NCBI GenBank assembly: GCA_010015805.1
Contig: ML978130.1
Span: 806,001-870,000, forward strand
Length of the DNA stretch: 64,000 bases
Direction: 5' to 3'
DNA from: Rhizodiscina lignyota
Lineage: Eukaryota
Shown here: in pieces, positions 44,763 to 55,366 of the stretch
Layout of the letters: every line of letters begins with the position of its first letter
How positions within the stretch are numbered: the stretch's first letter is position 1
Notes under the pieces: generated by a model
Seen by the model: the letters and a program-made list of their open reading frames with translations, nothing else
Database searches by the model: none
Told to the model about the DNA's origin: nothing
Position numbers and translations under genes: made by a program

Positions 44763-46847
44763 ATGAACGGCCACCTCGAAACCAACCCCGCGACGAAGCA
44801 GCAGTTTACCGACGATGAGCAGGCTGTTCGAGATATTCGAAAGTTGGTGATTGACTGCTGTCGTCAAAATGGAGCAGGTCACGGAGGCTCTGCCATTGGC
44901 ATGGCTCCGCTTGGTGTTGCGTTATGGAAACACATCATGAGGTACAACCCGAAGAATGGTGATTGGTTCGATCGCGATAGATTCGTACTGTCAAATGGAC
45001 ATGCTGCAATCTTCCTATATACGATGCTCCACATGGCAGGATACCCTGATATGAAGCTTGACGAGCTGAAGATGTATGCGGATCCAAAGAATGTGGACCC
45101 AGAGACTGGCAAATGGAAACACACTATATGCCATGGTCATCCAGAGATCGATGTGTCCGGTGTTGAGGTCACGACTGGCCCATTAGGGCAGGGCGTTGCA
45201 AACTCGGTTGGTTTGGCAATAGCTGCGAAGTCTCTTGCTACAAAATTCAACAAGGACGGGCACGATATCATTAGCTCCCGCATATACTGTGTCACCGGCG
45301 ACGGCTGTCTCCAGGAAGGTGTTGCCAACGAGGCTGTTGCCATTGCTGGCCACTTGCAGCTCGACAACCTCATTCTTCTTTACGACAACAACCAAGTGAC
45401 TTGCGATGGCCCAGCTGACTGGATTGTGTCTGAGGACACCAATGCAAAGTTCAGATCAATGGGCTGGCACGTCATTGATGTGTTTGACGGCGATACCTCT
45501 GTGGACAATATAGTCGGCGCTGTCAACATTGCCAAAGCCGTAACAGGCAAGCCCACATTGATCAACATTAGAACGACAATAGGATACGGCACCTCCACCG
45601 CTGGCACGGCCAAATCACACCACGGCACTTACTCTTCTGAAGATGCCGTTCTCTATGCTGAAGATGTCAGCAAATCTGAAGCACATGTTGTCTCTTCCAG
45701 GACCAAGGCACTATTCGCAACGAAGGCCAAGCAGGGTGAGAAGCTCGAGCAAGAGTGGAATGCCAAACTGGAAAGCTACACGAAGGCATTCCCTGAACAA
45801 GGCAAGGTGCTCCTGGGTCGTATAGAGGGCAAGATTGAGTACGAAGACCTTCTAAAGACTTTTGAGATGCCCAAGGACCTCATGCCTACCCGAACATTCA
45901 ATGGCAAGCTTTTCAAAAACCTTGTCGCAAGCATTCCGAGCGTTATGGCCGGCGGTGCAGATCTCTGGGGCGCGAATCAACTCGGAGATTATTCACACAC
46001 AATTTTTGACGGGAAGCATAGAGATGGACAGGTCATACGCTATGGCATTCGGGAGCACGCCATGGCTGCCATCTCAAACGGCCTTGCAGCATACTCTCCG
46101 GGAACTTTCTTGCCCATCACTGCGACATTCTTCATGTTCTACCTCTACGCCGCACCGGGAGTCCGCATGGGGGCACTGCAAAATCTGAAAGTCATCCACA
46201 TCGCTACACACGACACACTTGGCGAAGGTCAGAATGGTCCGACGCATCAACCAGTAGAAGTCGACTCACTGTATCGCGCAATGCCCAATTTGCTCCACAT
46301 CCGAGCTGCAGATCCCGAGGAAGTTGTTGGAGCGTGGCAGACTGCTCTGTCTGTCAAGGGCAAGTCGATTATCATTGGTCTTGCCAGAGATCCTCCCAAG
46401 GTTGCGATACCCAACAGTGACAGGAACAAGGTCGCAAAGGGAGGCTACGTCGTTGTTGAGAAGGAGAATGCACAAGTCACCCTCATTTCCACTGGATCAG
46501 AGCTCCAATTTGCAGTCGTAGCTGCAGAGAAGCTCAGCGCTGAGGGTATCGTGACCAGAGTCGTAAGCATGCCCTGCATAAAGCTCTTCGACGAACAAAG
46601 CGAGGAGTATCAAGACTCTGTGCTGTCGGAGACTCCACACATCATCTCTCTTGAGGCATATGTGTCGACCATCTGGGCTCGATACTGCACTGCCTCGATC
46701 GGAATGACAACTTTCGGATACTCTGGATCAGGCAATGCGAACTTTGCGAGGTTTGGTCTTGACGATAACGGCGTGTTCAAGAAGGTTAAGGCGCATGTGC
46801 AGAAGACTGGGAAGGGTACGAAGCAGAAGCGCTGGGTCCAGCTGTGA
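44763..46847 (+). CDS. Transketolase of the dihydroxyacetone synthase (formaldehyde transketolase)-like branch, intronless
   Basis: DRDRFVLSNGH, GHPE, EVTTGPLGQG, ThDP motif GDGCLQEG...YDNN, YGIREHAM, TFFMFYLYAAP, GQNGPTHQPVE. Confidence 0.9.
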   Translation: MNGHLETNPATKQQFTDDEQAVRDIRKLVIDCCRQNGAGHGGSAIGMAPLGVALWKHIMRYNPKNGDWFDRDRFVLSNGHAAIFLYTMLHMAGYPDMKLDELKMYADPKNVDPETGKWKHTICHGHPEIDVSGVEVTTGPLGQGVANSVGLAIAAKSLATKFNKDGHDIISSRIYCVTGDGCLQEGVANEAVAIAGHLQLDNLILLYDNNQVTCDGPADWIVSEDTNAKFRSMGWHVIDVFDGDTSVDNIVGAVNIAKAVTGKPTLINIRTTIGYGTSTAGTAKSHHGTYSSEDAVLYAEDVSKSEAHVVSSRTKALFATKAKQGEKLEQEWNAKLESYTKAFPEQGKVLLGRIEGKIEYEDLLKTFEMPKDLMPTRTFNGKLFKNLVASIPSVMAGGADLWGANQLGDYSHTIFDGKHRDGQVIRYGIREHAMAAISNGLAAYSPGTFLPITATFFMFYLYAAPGVRMGALQNLKVIHIATHDTLGEGQNGPTHQPVEVDSLYRAMPNLLHIRAADPEEVVGAWQTALSVKGKSIIIGLARDPPKVAIPNSDRNKVAKGGYVVVEKENAQVTLISTGSELQFAVVAAEKLSAEGIVTRVVSMPCIKLFDEQSEEYQDSVLSETPHIISLEAYVSTIWARYCTASIGMTTFGYSGSGNANFARFGLDDNGVFKKVKAHVQKTGKGTKQKRWVQL

Positions 46848-48824
46848 AAGCGATGCTGGACATCTATTCAAAATGATGGCCACGACTATGCATTCCACTT
46901 TATGGAGTTGGTTACTATTGCTGCTGGGCTTTCAGGAACGAAGAACCAAGTGTTCGCTAAAGGTCGCTCTCTGATATTTAACTCGATTTGCTGATATCTT
47001 CGGAATGCATATAATCACGGACGGCTTGTATGACAAAATTTTGCAAAAACTCTATACACTTAGACCGATTGAACGATTCAAATGAACACAAGTTCCCTGA
47101 AGTAAACTTTCATACTAAGCATCCCCGGCTTTACCCCCTTTAATGCCACTCCTGAAGGCCGCGAGGCCGAAAGCCCGGCCATGCAGCCTATCTGCTCTTG
47201 GACTCTGCTCTCTCGCCTCCGACATCTGGTCCGGGCGAATGCAGAATGGTAAGAGTCGTATGACATTGGTAGATGAGACCGAACTAAGAGCGTCCAGAGA
47301 AATGACAAACCATGCGGACACGGCTCCCGGAGTGGTTTGCCAGAGGTCTGCTTTCAATTTGAAGGATTCGGCAACGGCAAGACCGTAATGATCTACAAAG
47401 GTTCTCAAAGTCCTAGGCACTCGCGGCACTCTGTATTGCTCGTCCAGGAGTCCGGTTATGCTGCTGCTTCGTCGAAGGATCCTTAATCGGGTGGCTGCGC
47501 ATTTCAAATGTTCATTAGTATGGACTCAGTGGAAAAGTCTGGATTTCACTGGCCTGCTCAAGCACACGGCTTGCTCAACTCGAGCGCATCGTAACTCCTG
47601 AGGCATGTTCTGACCAGGCTGCAATCATTGGATAGACGCATGATCAGAGTGGAGACCATTTTGCCGCACCACATCACATCGCTTGGACCACTCCTGACAA
47701 GGTTGTTCTGATAGGTCAATTGGGTTGCAGTGGTACCTCTTGCATGCCTAGAGGATGATAATTATTTGCAATTGGCCGGATCGCAGACGACTCTGGGCAG
47801 ATCGAGGTCACGCCAGAATCTGTGGCCCTCCCAAATCCTACCAGACGCGCATCTCATTGAATCTAGCCTCTATCAACATGACAGAGAGCTAAATAAACCT
47901 TCAAGCGAATAGATGAACCTGTAAGAATGGATACTCGGCTTTACGTGGAGTGCGGGCTGCAGATGTCCACTGTGGACTGACTAAGTCAGACTATGGTGAA
48001 CGACTCAGAAAATGGAGAGAATGATTTGCAAAGGAGATAACATTGGAGAGCGTATAGCCGATGAATTGTATTGAGAAATATGCCCACTCATAAATCCAGC
48101 ATCAACGTGGACGGCGAACAACAGGCGTCGCTATTAATGGCGAAATCGAGACTTAGTTTGAAATGGAGAGGCACAGGATCCAGGATGACTTCGCACGAAG
48201 CCTCTAGGCCATGCATAAGCTCTCGGACAATATTCTGCGCCGTAACTATGAGCTGCATCTCCGCTGTGAAGCGAACGAAGCGTCGCGTCTTAGAGAGAGA
48301 ACGAGAGAGACGATGAACGTCATGAACCACGCGACCGCACATGACTCGGAGGATAGTTGCCGTCCAATAATCCAAGGCAGCTCAGCCGCGGACTTTAATC
48401 TCTTCCGAGTCAGATGCGGCAGCGCTATGACCAGGATGCATTCTTCCCCAACCTGCGTTCATTCCACCCTCCTGGGCCTCCACTCTTTTCCCCAGAATCC
48501 ACTCACTTAGCCTCTGAATCGTCTCGTCCTAAGGATTCGGGTCACATAGCCGCGCTAAAACTGCATACAGCCGCGTGAAATCATGCCAAACTGCCTCAAG
48601 AAACTGGCTTCGAGCAGGAGCGGTTATGTGGAACCGCTTACGCGACGGTGCGGTCTCTTGATAAAAACGTGCAAATACTTTCTATATTTCTTTGGTTTCA
48701 AGATCTTCTTTTGTTTTCGTATCCGGCCGTCTGGCTATAGATCTCATTTGCTGCTTTCACGCATTTTGTGCATAGAAGAAGCATTTACTCCACGGCCCAC
48801 GGCTCCACGGTAACGCAGATCATT

Positions 48825-50526
48825 ATGGGGAAAGGAGATGCTTGGTTCAAGGCCGGACGGCCTACGCAGTTGGCCATCACCTACACGTGCCTCTCAGCAT
48901 TCGTACTGTTAGTCTTCTCAACGAGCAATGTCACAACATGGTAACTGATATGTATTCAGGTTTGGATGGGATCAGGGCGTCTTCGGTGGTCTTGTCACAA
49001 ACCCCGATTTCCTTGATATCGTCAAACATCCTGACCCAGGCTTTCTGGGAATCATTGTCTCGATTTACAACATCGGATGCTTCTTAGGATGTGCCATGAA
49101 CTTCTACGTTGGCAAGAGATTCGGGCGACGAGAGGCAATCGGAATTGCCATGGCCTTCATTTCAGTCGGCGGGCTAATCCAATGTTCCACGTACTCTGTA
49201 AGTCTAATCGTTCACTGATCACGACGAGAGATCTGATTCTAACATGTTTCAAAAGACAGCACAACTCATGGTTGGCCGTATCATCACCGGATTCGGCGTC
49301 GGAATCGACACGTCCACGGTACCCATGTACCAGGCAGAACTTTGCAAGCGTGAACACCGTGGCCGTCTTGTCACCACAGAAGTCCTCTTCACCGCACTGG
49401 GAGTCTCAGGCGCGTACTTCTTCGACTTTGGTCTCAGCTTTGTCGACGGCCCAGTTGCCTGGCGCCTGCCAATCGCTCTACAGATTCCAATGGCTTTCAG
49501 CGTCGCCGCGCTAGTGTACGGACTACCAGAGACGCCTCGTTATCTCGTTCAGAAAGGGCGGATTGACGAGGCTGTGGCTGTCATGTCCAAAGTTTGGAAT
49601 GCACCAGCGGATGATCCGTACATCGTGGCTGAGAAGGAGGACATCATCAAAGCTATCCACCTCGAAGAGGTCGCCCCCTTCAAGTGGCGAACCATCTTCA
49701 AGCGCGACCCCATGCAGACAGGCTGGCGTGTCTTCTTGGCTTGTCTCGTGCTCTTCATGAACCAATGGGCCGGGATCAACGTCATCGTGTTTTATGCCGC
49801 CACCGTCCTTGAGGGTATCGGTCTATCGCGCAATGCGTCCATTGTCGCCGGCGGCTGCCTCAACTTGGCATTTGCCGTAGGTTCGCTCGTACCTGCACTT
49901 GGCGCAGACAAGCTCGGCCGTAGGAAGCCGATGATGTTTGGCGCATTCGGAATGGGTGTGAGCATGATGATGGTTGCTATTCTACTGAGCTTCCAAGGCA
50001 AGAAAGTCGGTCACGCAACGAGCGAGGCGAGCATTGCGTTCTTGATCACGTACATGATCTGCTTTGGAGCCAGCTTGAACGCCATTCCGTGGTGCTACTC
50101 CACGGAGATCCTGCCTCTAAAGATCCGTGCACAGGGCACAGCGCTCGCGGTGTTCAACAACTGGATCTGGGTGTTCCTGATCGTCATGGTCACGCCAACA
50201 ATGGTTGCAAACATCGGATGGAAGACGTACCTTGTGTTCATGGCATTCGTAAGACACCTTCCTCATACTTCCCCGGGCCTTCACATCTGACTTTTTTACA
50301 GAACTTCTCTTTCGTACCAGCAATCTACTTCCTGTTCCCCGAGACAAAAGGTCTCTCGCTTGAGGAGATCGATTACATCTTCCTGAAGGGCGACGAGTTG
50401 CCGGCAGAAGAGCGCCAGTTCTACCAAAACAGCGTCTCAGGACAGGGCGCTGGTGCTGGCGCCTCGCCGGAAACCGACAGCCAAGAGGTCGAGAAGTCGG
50501 CGACACAGGTGGAGAAGGTAGCGTGA
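48825..50526 (+). CDS. MFS sugar porter, 4 exons
   Basis: FGWDQG, FGRR, GRIITG, VPMYQAE, WRLP, PETPRYL, NQWAGINVIVFY, DKLGRR, FPETKG. Confidence 0.92.
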
Positions 50527-50852
50527 AAGAGTAACAGAAATGGAATATGGAGGCTGATGAAAACGACAGGATGGAAATGGAGGCGATGCGAAGGTATAGA
50601 ATTTCGAACATGCGGAATTGCACTGCTTCAAAGGGAAGAGCCTGAGATATATCAAAGAGATGGAGACCAATGTAAATATGGGCGCCTTTTGGCGAGATAC
50701 TTCGAGCTAGCTCGATATAGCTCAGTCTGAGAATTACAGGATCTGAAATTCATCCAAGCATAAATCTCCTCCATGACCATGTGAACCAAAATACTTATCC
50801 AACCATTCAATGCTAATGCCAATCATCAACTCTTCGCTAATGCTCACAAAAA

Positions 50853-52547
50853 TTATTGTGCCTTGGGCTTCTTCCTGATGAGTCCTGCGCCGAGAACGTT
50901 CACTGCTGGTGGCGCATCGACCGTATTGGTCGACGACTGCTCTATCAACACACTTTTCTCAATCTTCGCCTTCTTCCGTACCAGGCCGGCTCCTAATACG
51001 TTCGTACCATCGTTTGCAGCGTGCGAAACTGGATCTGGCCGTTTTTCTAGAGCATCTGCCTTTCTCTTCGGCTTCAGCATCATAGCGTTACCATTCTGAA
51101 TAGATTCTTGCGGTACGGTCGCTTCTTTTTGGCCGGTGACTTCAAATCCCCAATTCTTGCTATCAGGTACACCTCCAAGGATACCCACTTCTTCTATCCA
51201 CTTCGCTGTACTGGCTGACGCGATTTCGAGATTGGCAAAGTCGAGCTTATGTAGCAATTCCATTGCTCGGTTGTACTCCTTTGCTTCGAGAATGATTGTG
51301 CCACGCGATGATACTGGCCATGAATAGTATGGTGTCTTGCTTGGCGTGTTCGAAATTGTTGATAGTTCCGATGCCGCCTTTTTGATGCGAGGGAGGCGGG
51401 GAATCACAGGCCCAGAGAGCTTGCGTCGCTCGCGTGGCTTGCGTCGTGGCTTTGGTGATGATTGATTGCCGGGCGTTGGTGACGACGACCGATCAAACTC
51501 TGAGATGTGAGAGGTGGAGGAAGTTTGGCTCTCACCGAGTCCATTTTCATCACCGTGCAAACCTTCATCAGGAGGGGTGAAGACAACCCAAAGAAAGCCA
51601 ACAAGCCTTCCGGACGAGCATTCTTGTCGGAAAGTCATCATCTCCCAGAATTGTTCAAGGCTCCTGATGCTTCTCCACATCCCATTTCCACGTTTAGACG
51701 GGCTTTCGTGCAAGTTATTATTCGTAGCATCGCGTAGCTCGCTATCGAGTTCGTCCAGGAAGCGTGATTTTGGGTCATCAGGGAAACGAGGGACGAGACA
51801 TCGAGGAGGAGCTTGAGGATGGGAGCAAATATCGCGGAGTGGATGACCCTGTGTCCATCGCTTTCGTAACGAAGGGTTAGAACGGACGGAAGGAGGGAGG
51901 AACGATGCGCTGCTGTCTTCGCCTGGGACTATAAGGTAGCCTTGAGCAGTGGTCTCTTTCTTGTCCTCCCCTTGACTACTCAGCTTGTCTTCTGCGCCAT
52001 ATTCCTGCAGTATTGGATCGACAACGCGACACCACCATCGCACAAGCTCCCTGTCCGTTGACACATGCTTGCTAGGATTCTCGACGCTCCCAGGGAAAAG
52101 GTATTGATCCTGTGCGCGTGCAAAGAGGGAGAGTACAAGCTTCTTGCCTGGCCTTTGTCGATGCCGTATCAAGTAAGAGATGAACGTCGTCGTGATAGAC
52201 CGCAATGGCGATGCATGTGATTTCGGTAAACGCAGCAGTGAAAGGTAGCCGGTAGAATCGGCTTTTGAGACGAACAAAGTTGTGATATGTTTTGTTGTGT
52301 AGATGAGGATCTCAATTGCAAGGAACAGCAATTCGTCGCTTGAGTTTGGCGGTCGAAGGGAGACATTGAGGAAATGCGACTCGCAGTAGGTCCGCTCCGG
52401 CTTCCCGTTCGGTGGTGCTGCGTAGATGGCGGCGCATCGCGTTGGCGGCGTGGAGCAGTTGTAAAACGTAAATTTGAAACCTCTTGGAAGCGAAGCAGCA
52501 AGAAGATCACCAAGGGCTAAACTATTCCGAGTATTTGAAGCCATCAT
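50853..52547 (-). CDS. RTT109: Histone H3K56 acetyltransferase
   Basis: FVSKADSTG, LSLFARAQDQYLFPGS, LVRWW, PRFPDDPKSRF, FWEMMTFRQECSSG. Confidence 0.95.
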   Translation of the reverse strand: MMASNTRNSLALGDLLAASLPRGFKFTFYNCSTPPTRCAAIYAAPPNGKPERTYCESHFLNVSLRPPNSSDELLFLAIEILIYTTKHITTLFVSKADSTGYLSLLRLPKSHASPLRSITTTFISYLIRHRQRPGKKLVLSLFARAQDQYLFPGSVENPSKHVSTDRELVRWWCRVVDPILQEYGAEDKLSSQGEDKKETTAQGYLIVPGEDSSASFLPPSVRSNPSLRKRWTQGHPLRDICSHPQAPPRCLVPRFPDDPKSRFLDELDSELRDATNNNLHESPSKRGNGMWRSIRSLEQFWEMMTFRQECSSGRLVGFLWVVFTPPDEGLHGDENGLGESQTSSTSHISEFDRSSSPTPGNQSSPKPRRKPRERRKLSGPVIPRLPRIKKAASELSTISNTPSKTPYYSWPVSSRGTIILEAKEYNRAMELLHKLDFANLEIASASTAKWIEEVGILGGVPDSKNWGFEVTGQKEATVPQESIQNGNAMMLKPKRKADALEKRPDPVSHAANDGTNVLGAGLVRKKAKIEKSVLIEQSSTNTVDAPPAVNVLGAGLIRKKPKAQ

Positions 52548-52714
52548 GAGCTGAAAGATGAGATGGGGAGACCGGAGGACGCGAGGCGCGTTGAGGTGGT
52601 GGAGCGCCGAAAGTGGTCAAAGCTTCAAAAAGTATTGACGTTTGAAGAAACGCAACCGTTCAATGCTCAATCGACATGCCGCCAATAGCAAAGCCCGCAT
52701 TCTAAACAGAGACA

Positions 52715-53619
52715 ATGGCTTCAGAAATGCCCATCAAGCTGTTATCCACAACCTGTCGCTCTTGCCTGCGCCTGTCGCGCCCGCAGCGGCCCCGAGTCTC
52801 TCCATCGAAAACGCCTTCGACCCCCCTACGACCACTCTCAAGCACACGAGCACTCGCACAAGATGCCGACATAGAAGCAGCAGATCGACCACGATGGCAG
52901 CGTACACCTCCCGCCATGACAATGCCAGTCCGGAATCCTCTGCGGTCAAGAGACTCCGAGTTCAAGGTCAACAATGACCCACGCAGGCTGGATCAGATGT
53001 ATTCTACGCTCCTGGGTGATCGAGGCCCTCACATGCAATTGAGCGATGAGGTGAAATGGTTAGCAGTTACACACAAGAGCTTTGATCATGGACGAAGAGG
53101 ATTCAACGATCGTTTGGCATTCTTGGGTATGACAATTTTTCTTGTCAGAGCTCAGAGGCATACACTGACTAGGCGACCACCATGTAGGCAAGCGAATAGT
53201 TGATCTGCAATTGTCCCTGGCACTTCTAAATGCGCCGAAAGTCCCCTTGCCTACAGAGACGCACGACGAGTACGGCCGGGCGCTATACCATCACCCTGCT
53301 CTAGAGACACTAGACAACCTCACCAATTTCACCAAGACTGAAGCGGTAGATAAGAAACGATTAGCACGGCTGGCAGAACAATATGGATTGCCTGGCGTGA
53401 TAAGATGGAAGCCGAAGAAGGTAAGCTAGATTTTCGCTCCATACTGAGCATAGAAGCTAATATCCATGCGTATAGGCGGACAACCTCAGAGGTGCTGGAA
53501 TAGATTCTGTCCTTGCACAGACCATGTATGCGATCGTGGGTGCATTGGCTCTGGAGAAAGGTGGAGAGGTCGCGAACAAGACTGTCAAGGAAAGAATACT
53601 AAGACCATTGGGTTTGTAG
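52715..53619 (+). CDS. MRPL15: Mitochondrial ribosomal protein mL57 (RNase III-like), 3 exons
   Basis: Basic targeting-like N-terminus; KWLAVTHKSFDHGRRGFNDRLAFLG; RWKPK; YAIVGALALEKGG. Confidence 0.88.
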
Positions 53620-53721
53620 CATAGTTTGTATAGTATATTTACCTTCTCCAAAGATTGAACTGAACGCCCGAAGCAGCTTTCCGTGTTTGGTCTATTGCCT
53701 TCATTCTCAATAGATACAATG

Positions 53722-54711
53722 TTAGTCCCAGAACTTCTCCATATATTTCTTCACAGTTAACGCTTTCACCTCCGGACACAGCTCGTTTACTCGTGCCCTG
53801 AAATATCCTTCTCCCTCTTCATCTCTTGCATACATCATAGCCAAGTCATTCCAGAACAGGCCTATGAAATCTTCCTTCGTTTGCAGCTCTTTCTGCCTCA
53901 CTTCCAGCTCCGTCATCTCCACATACTTGACCTCCATCTTCCTCTTCCTTACCTCTTCAATGACGCGTACCACCTCGTCAATCCGCATCACGCTTCCCGC
54001 CATTCCCATATCAACTTCCCACTTTCCATCTGGCAATGCACACGCCGCAGCGACGAATCTCCCCATATCTCCAATCTCCGTCAGCACAATCCTCGGCACC
54101 TTTCTCTCCCCACTCTCCAGCTCCTTCATACTCATTATCGGAATCTCAACCCTTAGCGTTCCATCCCTTTGAAAAAACAAAAACTCCCCATCATCCCCCT
54201 TCCCTGACATCGCTTCTTCCTCCCTCTCGCATCCATACCCAAGATAATTCATAAACATTCCACACACAAATCTGCACCACTCAAACACATGACCATTCTT
54301 CCGCTGGTCCTCCACCGCTGCTTCGCAAGCCTGCCACACCCCGATCCTTGGCGCCATCTCGGGCATTTTCTCTGCCGCTTTGGGGCCAATGGCGAACTCG
54401 CTCGGCGCGAAGCGCTTTGCTCCTACTGCTATGGCTGCATTCAGAAGGTTGATTTGCGAGAAGGCCCATGTGTCGTCTAATGGCTTCAGGAGAGAAATGA
54501 CAGTATGTACGCCTTTGAGGGTCGCGGTGAGAGACCGGAGGGATAGATAGTTGACACGTCGGATCTCAACGCCTAGATCGAAGAGCCACTGTGGGACCAT
54601 GGAATTGCGAGAAAGGACAATAGGAATATGAGCAGGGTGGAAATGAAGGGCCGTTACGATGGAACGGCCGAGAGCGGGGGAAGTACCACCTGCGACTGCT
54701 ACGACGACCAT
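53722..54711 (-). CDS. NmrA-like/isoflavone reductase-family atypical SDR
   Basis: VAVAGGTSPALGRSIV, GVHTVIS, QINLLNAA, KRFAPSEF, GMFMNY, DMGRFVAAA. Confidence 0.88.
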   Translation of the reverse strand: MVVVAVAGGTSPALGRSIVTALHFHPAHIPIVLSRNSMVPQWLFDLGVEIRRVNYLSLRSLTATLKGVHTVISLLKPLDDTWAFSQINLLNAAIAVGAKRFAPSEFAIGPKAAEKMPEMAPRIGVWQACEAAVEDQRKNGHVFEWCRFVCGMFMNYLGYGCEREEEAMSGKGDDGEFLFFQRDGTLRVEIPIMSMKELESGERKVPRIVLTEIGDMGRFVAAACALPDGKWEVDMGMAGSVMRIDEVVRVIEEVRKRKMEVKYVEMTELEVRQKELQTKEDFIGLFWNDLAMMYARDEEGEGYFRARVNELCPEVKALTVKKYMEKFWD

Positions 54712-55366
54712 GGTTGATTTGATGTAAACACGAGACGTGGCTTTCAGATTATTAGCAATTACGATTTGACCTCGAGACAAAAATAATGCGGTTTGTAGGA
54801 AATGAAAAACATTATTTCTATGCTTGCATATGTGGCAAATAAAGTGATCAACATGCGGTTTCGCACTTCACCATCTTTTTCCGAGAGATCGCGATCCGTG
54901 CCCAATCTGTGATGTCCTGTCGATCGCTCCGCGATCTGCAATGCGCCGTAGTGGATGGCGATAGTCGCGGATTGGAGTGATAGTCTTTAAGAGACCAAAA
55001 TATAAATTATAGAAAATCAAAACATGAACCGGCTGGGATCAAAGTCTGTTCGAATCCAGATATACGACCGAGGAGCATTGCAACGGTGCATTATCATCCT
55101 GAGCCATTCCGCCCAACTGCTTCAGTTCTTAGATGTCAGTTTTTATATATATTTATTTTGTTGGGGGAATATAAAGTATATAAAACCGTCTCTGGATATC
55201 TGAATTTGTCTCTGCAAAATGTCGCCTGGTATCCCGCAGCGTCCAAGGGCAATCAACTCTTCCAATACACCTCAACGTAAGCGAGTCTATCTCTAAAGAC
55301 TCGGTTGTACGTTACTTGGAGTGTACTAGAGAATTCCCATTAGTGCATCTTCCAGTTCTCATATTC

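Noticed and set aside
46850..48820. Short ORFs (47115-47507, 48088-48375) in the 2-kb gap between transketolase and porter
   Set aside because: No recognisable domain or consistent exon chain; could be promoter or decayed sequence
23080..50526. Secondary-metabolite biosynthetic cluster or methanol-utilisation cluster
   Set aside because: No PKS, NRPS, terpene synthase or DMATS; no alcohol oxidase, formaldehyde/formate dehydrogenase or DHA kinase in the window
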